From contig JAADJA010000037.1 of assembly GCA_013151015.1 (NCBI GenBank), positions 5,310 through 69,309 on the forward strand: DNA of 64,000 nucleotides. The letters are read 5' to 3'. Source of the stretch: Chlorobiota bacterium (GTDB lineage: Bacteria > Bacteroidota > Bacteroidia > Bacteroidales > JAADJA01). Under the pieces are notes generated by a model, which was not told the DNA's origin, searched no databases, and saw only the letters and a program-made list of their open reading frames with translations. A program made the translations under genes and the position numbers. Of the stretch, positions 18,229 to 28,230 are shown one piece after another. How positions within the stretch are numbered: the stretch's first letter is position 1; each line of letters starts with the position of its first letter.

Positions 18229-18603
18229 ATGACTGACATATTATATAAGGAAGAAAGCTATAAAATAATTGGGAAATGTTTTGAAGTACACAACAATTTA
18301 GGGCCTGGGTTTTTGGAAATTGTTTATAAGGACGCTTTGGGATATGAATTTAAGCAAGCAAAAATCCCTTATATAAGAGAAAAAGAATACGTCGTTAATT
18401 ATAAAGACATAATCTTACGTCATAAATTCTATGCCGACTTTGTGGTATATGATAAGATAATTTTGGAGGTGAAAGCTGTTTCGGGAATTGTAGATGAATT
18501 TACCGCCCGGGCTATTAATTATCTTTCCGTATCTCAAAACAGATTGGCCCTGATTGTAAACTTTTGGGAATTACAGTTGAAAAGCAAGCGAATAGTATTA
18601 TAA
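18229..18603 (+). CDS. GxxExxY protein (PD-(D/E)XK-like small protein family)
   Basis: 124 aa: ESYKIIGKCFEVHNNLGPGFLEIVYKDAL.E......Y..EK........FYADFVVYDKIILEVKAV fits the GxxExxY family pattern (G-F-L-E-I-V-Y). Confidence 0.85.
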   Translation: MTDILYKEESYKIIGKCFEVHNNLGPGFLEIVYKDALGYEFKQAKIPYIREKEYVVNYKDIILRHKFYADFVVYDKIILEVKAVSGIVDEFTARAINYLSVSQNRLALIVNFWELQLKSKRIVL

Positions 18604-18610
18604 ATTTATA

Positions 18611-18647
18611 CCACGAATGCACGAAAAAACAATTCGTGCATTCGTGG
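18611..18647. repeat. 15-bp-stem hairpin downstream of the GxxExxY gene
   Basis: ccacgaatgcacgaa-aaaacaa-ttcgtgcattcgtgg, 8 nt after the stop codon. Confidence 0.9.
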
Positions 18648-18686
18648 CTGTTTCATCGATTCATCAATATCAAAATAACAATTATT

Positions 18687-21600
18687 ATGAAATTAAAAAA
18701 CCAAAATTCAAAGAAATTACCTTTTCCCATCCTTATGATGTTTTTGGGTTTAATGCTATCATCCTCAAATTTGATGGCCGAAAAAAAGAAGGATAAAGAT
18801 AAGGAAGAAGACAAAGAAGAGGTGAAAAGCGATACAATCAAATCGGGGGAAATGAGCGGCTTGAAGTTCAGGAGTATCGGGCCGGCATTCACATCCGGCA
18901 GGATTGCCGATTTTGCGGTCAATCCCGACAACCCGAGTGAGTATTTGGTAGCTGCCGCTTGTGGCCATATCTGGAAAACGACCAATAACGGTACAACCTT
19001 CAAGCCTGTTTTTGATAATAAAGGTGCGTATTCCATCGGATGCCTCGCAAGGGGACCTGTGAACCATAACCTGATTTGGGCAGGGACCGGGGAAAACAAC
19101 CACCAACGGGCACTGGGATATGGCGATGGTGTGTACAAATCCACGGATGGTGGAAATTCATGGAAAAACATGGGATTGAAAGAATCGCGCCAGATTGGGA
19201 TGATTGCCATCGACCCCCGTGACGAAAATGTAGTATATGTGGCTGCCGAGGGTTCTGCCTGGGGGCCGGGCGGTGAACGTGGCCTATATAAAACTGTTGA
19301 TGGTGGCGAAAACTGGGAGAAGATTTTGGAGATAAGCGAAAACACAGGTGTCAATAATGTGGTGCTCGACCCACGGAACCCCGATGTGATATATGCCACT
19401 TCGGAGCAACGCAGAAGGCATGTGTTCACGAAAATTGGCGGTGGACCGGAGTCGAATATCCATAAATCAACTGATGGTGGAAAAACCTGGAAAAAATTGA
19501 CCAGCGGAATCCCCAAAGTGGATAAGGGGGGTATGGGAATTGCCATTTCGCCGGTAAACCCGGACGTGGTTTATGTGATTATCGAAGCAGCCATGGGAAA
19601 AGGCGGTTTTTTCCGTTCCGACAACAGAGGGGAATCTTTCTCGAAAATGAGCAGCTACAATGCAAGCGGACAATATTACAATGAAATTTATTGTGACCCA
19701 TATGATGTGGACAAAGTATATTCCATGGAAACCATTTCGAAGTTTACCAATGATGGGGGAAAAACATGGAAACGAATTGGCAACAAAGACCGCCATGTGG
19801 ACGATCATGCTTTTTGGATCGATCCAAGGGACGTAAAGCATTTTTATATTGCCGGTGACGGGGGCGTTTATGAAACCTTTGATGCCGGGAAAACCTATAT
19901 CCATAAATCCAACTTGCCCGTAACCCAGTTTTATCGTGTTGCTGTTGATAATACATATCCGTTTTACTGGGTGTATGGCGGAACACAGGACAACAGCTCC
20001 TATGGTGGACCTTCACGAAATTTGAACTACGATGGCGTGACAAGTTGCGAATGGGTGACGACCCTTGGTGGTGACGGTTTCTGGCAGGCAGTTGACCCTG
20101 AAAACCCAGATATTGTTTATTCAGAATATCAATATGGGAATATTTACCGTTACGACAAGAAAAGTGGCGAATCCATCAATATCAAACCCAAGCCCCGAAA
20201 AGATGAGCTGACCTATAAATGGAACTGGAATACCCCTTTCATAATCAGTTCGCATTCCGCTTCACGCATATATATGGCGGCTAACAAGGTTTTTAGATCG
20301 GATGACCGGGGCCAGGGCTGGACTGTGATAAGTGATGATATCACCGCGCAAATCGACCGCAATACATGGCCGGTGATGGATCGGTATTGGGGGATCGATG
20401 CCGTACAAAAGGATGTTTCGACTTCCCTGTACGGAATGGCCGTTTCCTTTGCCGAATCGCCCTTGAACGAAAACCTCTTATTGGTCGGGACCGATGATGG
20501 GTTGATACAGGTAACCGACGATGGCGGCGAAAACTGGACAAAGATTTCTTCTTTTCCCGGTGTTCCCGAGAATACTTACGTGAGCGATATCTTCTGTTCC
20601 CGCTTTGACGAGAATATTGTATTTGCTTCCTTTGATAACCGTAAGCGGGATGATTTCAAACCCTATCTTTTTAAAAGCACGGACAGAGGGAATACATGGG
20701 TTTCCATTTCGGCCAACCTTCCCGAAAACGGAACAGTTCATGCCATTGCCCAGGATTTTGTGGATGCCGATCTTTTGTTTTCAGGAACTGAATTTGGTGT
20801 TTTCTTCTCCAATGATGGAGGGAATATATGGACACAGTTAAAATCAGGTATCCCGACCATTGCCGTTCGCGATATTGCAATCCAGGAAAGGGAGACCGAT
20901 CTTGTACTTGCCACTTTCGGGCGCGGGTTTTATATTATGGACAACTATTCCCCTTTGCGTGAGGTGAACCGGGAACTTTTTGATACAACGGCCTATATTT
21001 TCCCTGTAAAGGATGCATTGTTATATGTGCAAAGAAGCCGGGGCGGATATGGAAGCGGATCGGATGGCTATCTTGCCAAAAACCCTCCTTACGGTGCAAC
21101 GTTCACTTATTATGTGAAAGAGTCACCAAAAACCCTCCAACAAAAAAGGCGCAAGAAGGAAAAGGAATTGATCAAGGAAAAAGCGCCCATCCCTATTCCC
21201 GGTTTGGATTCCATCAGGATTGAAGAGAAGGAAGTGAAGCCTTACCTTGTCTTCACAATTACAGGTGAAGACGGCGAAATTATCAGGAAACTGACCAAAA
21301 GCATTTCAACAGGGATAAACAGGTTAAATTGGAACCTGCGGTATCCCGGGACTTATCCTGTTCATGTCAAGGATGGAAAATACGATCCACTTTCGATGGG
21401 TGGCAATGGCATGTACGTATTGCCCGGAAAATATTTCGTTTCACTATCGCAAGTGGTCAGGGGCGAAATGACGGAATTGGTTGGCCCGGTGGAATTTACC
21501 GTGAAATCATTGGACAATGCCACCTTGCCCGCCGAGAACAGGGCCGAGTTGGTGGCTTTCCAGAAAAAACTATTGGAACTTTCAAGGGTAGTTTCAGGTG

Positions 21601-22019
21601 CCGAAAATTTCACGGAAGAGCTAATGGAAAGGGTCGTGAGCATAAAGCAATCTGCTCAGCGCACCCCGGCTGCCCCTTTGGGTTTGATGACAAAAATCGA
21701 AGACCTGGAAAAACTGTTGGATGATATCCTTTGGACATTCAATGGACAACAACCCAAAGCAAGCCGGGAAGAAAACCTTCCGGCAATCCCATCTATTAAT
21801 GAAAGGTTGGGTTCCATTGCATGGATACATTCCCGTTCCACTTCAGGGATAACAAAATCGCAGAAGGATATTTATGAAATCCTTAAAGAGGAATTTCCCC
21901 CGATCCTGAAAGAGCTGAAAGCCATTTCGGAAGTCAGTTTGCCCGAAATCGAAAAAGAACTTGAACGCTATGGCGCTCCCTGGACACCAGGCAGATTGCC
22001 CGAATGGCACCAGGAATAA
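18687..22019 (+). CDS. Secreted BNR/Asp-box repeat (sortilin/VPS10-like) protein
   Basis: The start is set at MKLKNQNSKKLPFPILMMFLGLMLSSSNLMA (ATG 18687), since the longer ORF reads through the hairpin. Many S-x-D-x-G-x-T/S-W Asp boxes are present (STDGGNSW, TVDGGENW, STDGGKTW, TNDGGKTW, TDDGGENW, STDRGNTW, SNDGGNIW). Confidence 0.75.
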   Translation: MKLKNQNSKKLPFPILMMFLGLMLSSSNLMAEKKKDKDKEEDKEEVKSDTIKSGEMSGLKFRSIGPAFTSGRIADFAVNPDNPSEYLVAAACGHIWKTTNNGTTFKPVFDNKGAYSIGCLARGPVNHNLIWAGTGENNHQRALGYGDGVYKSTDGGNSWKNMGLKESRQIGMIAIDPRDENVVYVAAEGSAWGPGGERGLYKTVDGGENWEKILEISENTGVNNVVLDPRNPDVIYATSEQRRRHVFTKIGGGPESNIHKSTDGGKTWKKLTSGIPKVDKGGMGIAISPVNPDVVYVIIEAAMGKGGFFRSDNRGESFSKMSSYNASGQYYNEIYCDPYDVDKVYSMETISKFTNDGGKTWKRIGNKDRHVDDHAFWIDPRDVKHFYIAGDGGVYETFDAGKTYIHKSNLPVTQFYRVAVDNTYPFYWVYGGTQDNSSYGGPSRNLNYDGVTSCEWVTTLGGDGFWQAVDPENPDIVYSEYQYGNIYRYDKKSGESINIKPKPRKDELTYKWNWNTPFIISSHSASRIYMAANKVFRSDDRGQGWTVISDDITAQIDRNTWPVMDRYWGIDAVQKDVSTSLYGMAVSFAESPLNENLLLVGTDDGLIQVTDDGGENWTKISSFPGVPENTYVSDIFCSRFDENIVFASFDNRKRDDFKPYLFKSTDRGNTWVSISANLPENGTVHAIAQDFVDADLLFSGTEFGVFFSNDGGNIWTQLKSGIPTIAVRDIAIQERETDLVLATFGRGFYIMDNYSPLREVNRELFDTTAYIFPVKDALLYVQRSRGGYGSGSDGYLAKNPPYGATFTYYVKESPKTLQQKRRKKEKELIKEKAPIPIPGLDSIRIEEKEVKPYLVFTITGEDGEIIRKLTKSISTGINRLNWNLRYPGTYPVHVKDGKYDPLSMGGNGMYVLPGKYFVSLSQVVRGEMTELVGPVEFTVKSLDNATLPAENRAELVAFQKKLLELSRVVSGAENFTEELMERVVSIKQSAQRTPAAPLGLMTKIEDLEKLLDDILWTFNGQQPKASREENLPAIPSINERLGSIAWIHSRSTSGITKSQKDIYEILKEEFPPILKELKAISEVSLPEIEKELERYGAPWTPGRLPEWHQE

Positions 22020-22037
22020 AGACAGGTCTTGTTTATA

Positions 22038-22124
22038 CTTGTTGGTGATAACACCAACAAGGAGCAGCCTTAGTAAATTAGAGTTGTCATCTACTTACTT
22101 CACGTTGGTGTTTTCACCAACGTG
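22038..22124. repeat. Two tandem units of the gttggtg-N4-caccaac hairpin repeat (a third degenerate unit reaches ~22190)
   Basis: cttgttggtgATAAcaccaacaag (22038..22061) and cacgttggtgTTTTcaccaacgtg (22101..22124) have a ~63-bp period. A degenerate taacaataccagcaaagagcag follows. Confidence 0.85.
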
Positions 22125-22259
22125 AACAGGGATTGATTAGAATTGTTTGTAACAATACCAGCAAAGAGCAGTTCGGAATTCAAAAACATTCACATATTGT
22201 GCAACTATAAATATTAATACCTGTCTTCTTAAACAGAATTAACCGTTAAATAAATAATT

Positions 22260-23993
22260 ATGAAAAATGTAGTTTTACAAAGTGAGTTGTTACAAGTCAA
22301 AAGAACCATACTGTTTGCTTTTGGCTTTTTGTTGATGTTATCGAATGTTGCCAATGCCCAACAGGGCAAAAGCAAATCAAATATGCACCATGAAACGATT
22401 GGTGATCCCTATATCCCAAATTCAAATGAGGGCCATAAAACTTCCCCGTCTTACCAGGCAAAAGCCACTAGTTTGTTTTTTATGACACAGGTGAACGTGG
22501 ACGAGAATGGGGATAATATCTTGGGCGATGCCGGAAACGAGCCTTCGCTGGCCGTTGACCCAACCGACCCTAATCGTATTGTTATCGGTTGGAGGCAGTT
22601 TGACGATGTGGGAAATAATTTCAGGCAGGCAGGTTATGGATATTCCACCGATGCCGGACAGACATGGACTTTCCCGGGTGTGATCAACCCCGGTATTTTC
22701 CGTTCCGATCCCGTTTTGGATTTTGATTCCGAAGGGAATTTTTATTACAACAGCCTTACCGTTGACGATAATGATAATATGTGGTGCGATGTTTTTCGGA
22801 TTACCGATGGCGGTGTGGAATGGGACGAAGGGACATATGCTCAGGGAGGAGATAAACAATGGATGCGGATTGACAAAATTTCAGAAAATGGCATGGGCAA
22901 TAATTACTCATTCTGGACTTCTTATTGGAGCATTTGTTATCCCGGTGCTTTTACCCGGTCTGTTAACGGCGGCGATTCTTATGAAGATTGTGTGGAAAAT
23001 GATGGCAACCCTTATTGGGGAACCCTTGCGGTAGGTGCTGACGGGACATTGTATATCGTGGGTGCTTCGGATCTGACAGGGGGCATAATCGTTGCAAAAT
23101 CCACATCGGCCCAGAATTCAGGGATCGTGGTTGGATGGGATTCTTATACTAACGTTTACCTTGGTGGTGAGCTTTCGGGATGGACCGAGATAAACCCACA
23201 AGGCCTGCTTGGACAGGCATGGGTCGATACCGATATTTCCGATGGGCCAGGGGCTGGAAACGTTTACGTTATGGCAGCGGTTTCGCCATATTCATCCAAT
23301 GATCCGGGCGAGATATATTTTGCGAAAAGTACGGATGGAGGGGAAAATTGGCAACTACCGGTTCGGATAAATGATGATGACATAAGTTCAAATAACACGC
23401 AATGGTTCGGTACCATGTCAGTGGCGCCCAATGGACGGATTGATGCCATCTGGCTGGATACCCGAGATAACCCGGGTACATATATGTCAAGTTTGTATTA
23501 TTCTTATTCCATCGACCAGGGGGAAACCTGGACGGTGAACCAAAAACTTTCCGAAGCCTTTGATCCACATGTGGGATGGCCGCAACAAAATAAAATGGGC
23601 GATTATTACGACATGGTCTCCGACAATGAAGGGGCTCACCTTGCATGGGCGAATACACTCAACGGAGAACAGGATGTTTATTACGGACACATTGTTCCAC
23701 AATTTACGGGTATTGCCAATTCTGTCAGAAAACAACGCATTTCTGTGGTTGCATATCCAAATCCATTTTCGGAGAAAGCAACCGTGCGTTATGAACTTAA
23801 GGAAAACGGCCATATGAACCTTGCCATATTTGATTTATTTGGGAAACAGGTGAAAAGCCTGGTGGACAAAGAACAAAGTGCCGGAACCTATAACATACAA
23901 GTGGAAGCCGGGGACCTTGCAGAAGGGGTTTATTACTGCCGCCTGAATACCAATGGACAATCGGAAACAGTCCAGATGGTGGTGATTAAATAG
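22260..23993 (+). CDS. BNR/sialidase-like beta-propeller protein with T9SS C-terminal sorting domain
   Basis: A signal peptide and Asp-box-like motifs are present (STDAGQTW, SVNGGDSY, STDGGENW, SIDQGETW). The terminal ~80 aa, VVAYPNPFSEKATVRYEL...LAIFDLFGKQVKSLV...GVYYCRLNTNGQSETVQMVVIK, form a typical T9SS CTD. Confidence 0.8.
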   Translation: MKNVVLQSELLQVKRTILFAFGFLLMLSNVANAQQGKSKSNMHHETIGDPYIPNSNEGHKTSPSYQAKATSLFFMTQVNVDENGDNILGDAGNEPSLAVDPTDPNRIVIGWRQFDDVGNNFRQAGYGYSTDAGQTWTFPGVINPGIFRSDPVLDFDSEGNFYYNSLTVDDNDNMWCDVFRITDGGVEWDEGTYAQGGDKQWMRIDKISENGMGNNYSFWTSYWSICYPGAFTRSVNGGDSYEDCVENDGNPYWGTLAVGADGTLYIVGASDLTGGIIVAKSTSAQNSGIVVGWDSYTNVYLGGELSGWTEINPQGLLGQAWVDTDISDGPGAGNVYVMAAVSPYSSNDPGEIYFAKSTDGGENWQLPVRINDDDISSNNTQWFGTMSVAPNGRIDAIWLDTRDNPGTYMSSLYYSYSIDQGETWTVNQKLSEAFDPHVGWPQQNKMGDYYDMVSDNEGAHLAWANTLNGEQDVYYGHIVPQFTGIANSVRKQRISVVAYPNPFSEKATVRYELKENGHMNLAIFDLFGKQVKSLVDKEQSAGTYNIQVEAGDLAEGVYYCRLNTNGQSETVQMVVIK

Positions 23994-24139
23994 TTGACTT
24001 GAAAGTTAAGCGTTATGGGTTAGGCGTTTAGGTGCCAACCCATGACTCTTGATCTATAACCCACATCCAATAACCCATTTACAAATTGTTCACATATGTA
24101 AAAATATGTTAACGGATAAGGAAGGGGTTGATTAATTTC

Positions 24140-24147
24140 TATATTTG
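24140..24147 (+). promoter_or_regulatory. -7 box TATATTTG upstream of the DUF1573 gene
   Basis: Matches the Bacteroidota TAnnTTTG consensus 39 nt before the ATG at 24186. Confidence 0.45.
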
Positions 24148-24185
24148 TGCAATAAAGATATTTTATTCACTAAAACGGTAATCCA

Positions 24186-24710
24186 ATGAAAAAATTAGTA
24201 ATCTCCCTCGCAATGATAATGTTCGTTGCGTTTTCTGTAAATGCACAGGTTTCATCGTCAAACCATGCACCGAGCGCAAAGCCCCCGGTAAAAAAGGAGC
24301 ATAAGCAACAGCCGGTTTCAGTAAAGAACACCAGCCCAAATGCACCGGATATCAAGTTTGAAAAAACGGTCCATGATTATGGCACCATTCAGCAACATGC
24401 CGATGGAAAATGCGAATTTAAATTTACGAATGAAGGCAAAGAGCCGCTTATCCTTTCCAATGTACGTTCAAGCTGTGGCTGCACGGTTCCCACATGGCCA
24501 CGTGAACCCATTCTTCCGGGGCAGTCGGGAGTGATCAAAGTTAAGTATGACACCAAAAGGGTCGGCACCATCAACAAAAGCATTTATGTGAACTCCAATG
24601 CAAAAGTTTCTCCCGTTACCTTGAAAATCAAAGGGAAGGTCCTTGCCAAATCAGGAGCTGCCGTACCTGAGAAAAAAGTTGACAAAATTGCCAGTCCGGT
24701 AAATAAATAA
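24186..24710 (+). CDS. DUF1573 domain-containing secreted protein
   Basis: FEKTVHDYGTIQQ...CEFKFTNEGKEPLILSNVRSSCGCTVPTWPREPILPGQSGVIKVKYD is the DUF1573 hallmark. Confidence 0.8.
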   Translation: MKKLVISLAMIMFVAFSVNAQVSSSNHAPSAKPPVKKEHKQQPVSVKNTSPNAPDIKFEKTVHDYGTIQQHADGKCEFKFTNEGKEPLILSNVRSSCGCTVPTWPREPILPGQSGVIKVKYDTKRVGTINKSIYVNSNAKVSPVTLKIKGKVLAKSGAAVPEKKVDKIASPVNK

Positions 24711-24745
24711 ACTGAACATAATGATGCGGCATTGCTGCTAATAAT

Positions 24746-24781
24746 AAAAACCCCGGTTTGATAAAAACCGGGGTTTTTTTT
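24746..24781 (+). terminator. Rho-independent terminator
   Basis: aaaaaccccggtttgataaaaaccggggttttttttt is a GC stem plus a T-run, 36 nt after the stop. Confidence 0.8.
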
Positions 24782-24929
24782 GGGGATAAGTAGATGTTGT
24801 TCCATCAGCATCAGTATATTTGTGGCCGTATTAAATAGTTTTGTTTTTTAAAAATCAAGAGGTGTACTATGGACTGGGTTCTGCTTTCTAGTTGTTAGTC
24901 CCTGGTTTATCCTTGCAAAAAAAATCATC

Positions 24930-26129
24930 ATGCCAGAAATATCGAAAAAGGGAAAAATGATGCCCGAGTCCCCAATCAGGAAATTAGTGCCTTATGCAGA
25001 AGCTGCAAAAGGTAGAGGAGTAAATGTTTATCATTTAAATATTGGCCAGCCCGATATCGAAACGCCAGAAGTGGCCCTCAATGCCATTCGTAATTTTGAC
25101 CAGAAGGTTGTTGCCTACAGCCATTCTGCAGGGATTTTGTCCTATCGCGAGAAGCTGGTCGGGTATTACAAAAAACACGACATCCACATTACGGCCGATG
25201 ATATTATTATCGGGGCCGGGGCTTCCGAGGCCATTTTGTTTGCCATGAATTCATGTATGGATGCCGGTGACGAAATCATTATTCCCGAGCCCTTTTATGC
25301 CAATTACAACGGCTTTGCCGTGAACGCAGGCGTTAAAGTGGTCCCCATCCCCTCGGATATTGAAACGGGATTTGCCCTGCCGCCGATCAGCGAGTTCGAA
25401 AAGGTGATCGGGCCAAAGACCAAAGCGATCATGGTTTGCAATCCCAATAACCCAACGGGTTACCTGTATTCCCGTGAAGAACTGGAAACCCTGAAGACCA
25501 TTGCCCTCAAGCATGATCTGTACCTGTTTGCCGATGAGGTTTACCGCGAATTCTGCTACGATGGCAAAAAACATATTTCGGTTATGCACCTCGATGGCCT
25601 GGACGACAATGTGATCCTGATCGACTCTGTTTCCAAACGCTATAGTGCCTGTGGTGTCCGTATCGGTTGCATGATTTCGAAAAACAAGGAGCTGATGGCC
25701 ACCGCCATGAAGTTTGCACAGGCACGCCTTAGCCCGCCCACTTTCGGACAGGTTGCTGCCGAAGCCGCCATCGAAACACCGGATTCCTATTTTGTGGAAG
25801 TGCTGGAGGAATACCTTGCCCGCCGCAATGTGGTGGTAGAGGCCATCAACAAAATGAAGGATGCTTTTTGCCCCAACCCTCTCGGTGCTTTCTATGTTGT
25901 TGCCAAACTGCCCATCGACGATTCCGATAAGTTCTGCCAATGGTTGCTTGAAGATTTCGCCTATAACAACGAAACCGTGATGCTTGCACCTGCCACCGGG
26001 TTTTACGCCACCAAAGGACGTGGTCTCGACGAAGTCCGTATCAGTTATGTGCTGAACACCAATGACCTCAAAGCCTCCATGAAATGCCTCGAAGAAGCTT
26101 TGAAGGTTTATCCTGGGAAGACGAATTAA
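24930..26129 (+). CDS. Class I/II pyridoxal-phosphate-dependent aminotransferase (AspC-like)
   Basis: 399 aa: ESPIRKL..., NIGQPD, NPNNPTG and the SVSKRYSACGVRIG PLP-lysine motif. Confidence 0.85.
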   Translation: MPEISKKGKMMPESPIRKLVPYAEAAKGRGVNVYHLNIGQPDIETPEVALNAIRNFDQKVVAYSHSAGILSYREKLVGYYKKHDIHITADDIIIGAGASEAILFAMNSCMDAGDEIIIPEPFYANYNGFAVNAGVKVVPIPSDIETGFALPPISEFEKVIGPKTKAIMVCNPNNPTGYLYSREELETLKTIALKHDLYLFADEVYREFCYDGKKHISVMHLDGLDDNVILIDSVSKRYSACGVRIGCMISKNKELMATAMKFAQARLSPPTFGQVAAEAAIETPDSYFVEVLEEYLARRNVVVEAINKMKDAFCPNPLGAFYVVAKLPIDDSDKFCQWLLEDFAYNNETVMLAPATGFYATKGRGLDEVRISYVLNTNDLKASMKCLEEALKVYPGKTN

Positions 26130-26439
26130 GACTTTCATTATTTCAACCAAAGGTGCCTGCTTGCAACAGCGAGGTTTGTCTTGTCCTGAAATAAGCCGCA
26201 CTTTCAGTGCGGTCTTGGGAATTTCAAAAAAAACAGGTCGATATTTTGCCGACCTGAAATATAAAACAATTGGTGTGTGTTGTTTATTTCAAAATAATCT
26301 TTCGGGTTGAAGGCTGGATTCAAGCTTCTATCGCTACAAATGTTATTTTTGCGAAGGTTCCCTAAAATGATGTAGTTCAGGGGCTAGATTGAAAAATGTC
26401 GAGGTTGCCCAAGGTCATCCGCCAACGGATACAAAAAAA

Positions 26440-28230
26440 TTACATTCGCTCTGGTACATCAATCCCAAGAAGTCCCATGGATTTTTTAATGATTTTGCCG
26501 GTGAAGTGGCTCAATACCAAACGGAACCCGGCCACTTCGGGCTCTACCCTTTTCAGGATGGGCGTGCTTTGGTAATAATGGTTGTATTCCTTCACCAGGT
26601 CGAAACAATAATTGGCGATGAGTGCCGGGCTGTAGTTTTCGCCTGCCTGGGCAACAATCTGTGGAAAGCCATTTATCATTTGGATGAGTTGCTTTTCGAC
26701 AGAGGTAATTTGGATGGATGATTTTTCCAGATGTTGTGTTAAATCCATTATTCTTTTTTCAGATTTCCGCAGCACCGACTGTATCCGTGCATAGGTGTAT
26801 TGGATAAACGGGCCTGTGTTCCCGTTGAAGTCAATGGATTCCTCCGGGTTGAAAAGCATGTTCTTCTTGGGGTCCACTTTCAGGATATAGTATTTGAGGG
26901 CGCCGAGGCTTATCATCTGGAAAAGTGATTTTTTTTCTTCTTCGGAAAAATCATCCGTCTTGCCCAACTCTTCTGTTGTTTTCCGGGCGGTCTCGAACAT
27001 TTCGTCCATAAGGTCATCGGCATCCACCACGGTCCCTTCCCTCGATTTCATCCGTCCATGTGGCAACTCCACCATTCCGTAAGACAAGTGATAAATAATT
27101 CCGGCCCAATCCCGGCCCAGCTTTTTCAATACTTTTTTCAGCACGTCAAAATGATAGATTTGCTCGTTGCCCACCACGTACAGCAATTTCCCCGGACGGA
27201 ACTCGTCCCATCGCCGCTGCGCCGTCCCGATATCCTGGGTCATGTAAACGGATGTCCCGTCGCTGCGCAACAGGAGTTTTTGGTCGAGGCCTTCATCCGT
27301 CAGGTCGATCCAGACAGAACCGTCCGGCTTTTTGTAAAGAACCCCTTTTTCGAGTCCTTCCTCCACAATTTCTTTTCCCTGCAAATAGGTTTGCGATTCG
27401 TAATTGGTTTTGTCGAAATCAACACCAAGCCGTTTATAGGTTTCGTTAAAACCCTCGTAAACCCACGAATTCATCAAGCGCCAGATGTCCAAAACATCGG
27501 CATCGGCATTCTCCCATTTCCTCAACATTTCCCTGGCCTCCTGCATCAACGGGGCTTCGTTAATCGCATCTTTTTCGGTAAAACCCCGGTGCACCATTTC
27601 TTTGATTTCGGTTTTGTGCATTTGATCGAAAAGCACATAATACTTCCCGATCAGGTGGTCGCCCTTTAATCCCGAGGATTCAGGTGTTTCGCCCTCGCCC
27701 CACTTTTGCCATGCCAGCATCGATTTACAGATATGGATGCCCCGGTCGTTTATCAGGTTTATTTTTACGACGTTCTTTCCATTGGCTTTCAGTATCTCCG
27801 CAATGGAATAGCCCAGCAGGTTGTTCCGTATATGCCCGAGGTGTAGGGGCTTATTGGTGTTGGGCGAAGAATACTCGATTACGAAAGGCTGTTTCTCCGT
27901 CTCTTTTGCAAAACCATAATTTCCTTCCTGTATGATTTTCAAAAACAGGTCAACCCAATAGCTTTCGATTACCGATAGGTTCAAAAAGCCTTTCACGACC
28001 GAAAAACCAGATAATTCATCCATTTGCCCCACGAGGTATTCACCCATTTCTTTCGCCGTATCGGGAGGCGGTTTTTTGGAAAAACGGGCAAGTGGAAATA
28101 CCACGAGCGTGTAATCCCCTTCAAACTCCGGGTTTGTTTTCTCAATCTGAAAATCTTCGGCTGCAATATTTGCATGGTACAAAGCATTTACCGCTTCGGC
28201 TGCTTTTTCGGCTATTGTTTTTTCAATCAT
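26440..28230 (-). CDS. argS: Arginine--tRNA ligase
   Basis: 596 aa: SSPNTNKPLHLGHIRNN (HIGH), a MKSREG (KMSK-like) motif and an overall ArgS layout ending in the ...GIDVPERM C-terminus. Confidence 0.9.
   Translation of the reverse strand: MIEKTIAEKAAEAVNALYHANIAAEDFQIEKTNPEFEGDYTLVVFPLARFSKKPPPDTAKEMGEYLVGQMDELSGFSVVKGFLNLSVIESYWVDLFLKIIQEGNYGFAKETEKQPFVIEYSSPNTNKPLHLGHIRNNLLGYSIAEILKANGKNVVKINLINDRGIHICKSMLAWQKWGEGETPESSGLKGDHLIGKYYVLFDQMHKTEIKEMVHRGFTEKDAINEAPLMQEAREMLRKWENADADVLDIWRLMNSWVYEGFNETYKRLGVDFDKTNYESQTYLQGKEIVEEGLEKGVLYKKPDGSVWIDLTDEGLDQKLLLRSDGTSVYMTQDIGTAQRRWDEFRPGKLLYVVGNEQIYHFDVLKKVLKKLGRDWAGIIYHLSYGMVELPHGRMKSREGTVVDADDLMDEMFETARKTTEELGKTDDFSEEEKKSLFQMISLGALKYYILKVDPKKNMLFNPEESIDFNGNTGPFIQYTYARIQSVLRKSEKRIMDLTQHLEKSSIQITSVEKQLIQMINGFPQIVAQAGENYSPALIANYCFDLVKEYNHYYQSTPILKRVEPEVAGFRLVLSHFTGKIIKKSMGLLGIDVPERM

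Noticed and set aside
18564-18686. N-terminal extensions of track ORFs: 18564 for the BNR protein, 7242 for LamG, 17840 for MarR, 33768 for FahA, 41235 for DUF547, 44942 for ArsS, 58382 for DUF1015, 61062 for the acyl-CoA reductase and 56992 for Mpg.
   Set aside because: The extensions read through hairpins, direct repeats or TAnnTTTG promoter boxes. Internal Met codons give canonical family N-termini or signal peptides.
25251-26201. Long antisense ORFs inside well-supported genes: 316 aa at 25251..26201, 297 aa at 18653..19546, 219 aa at 14004..14663, 203 aa at 27058..27669, 198 aa at 8475..9071, 196 aa at 16105..16695 and 188 aa at 45233..45799.
   Set aside because: Each lies wholly opposite a CDS with clear family motifs. 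Their translations are compositionally odd (His/Gly/Phe/Val-rich, no recognisable motifs), which is typical of open mirror frames in coding DNA.
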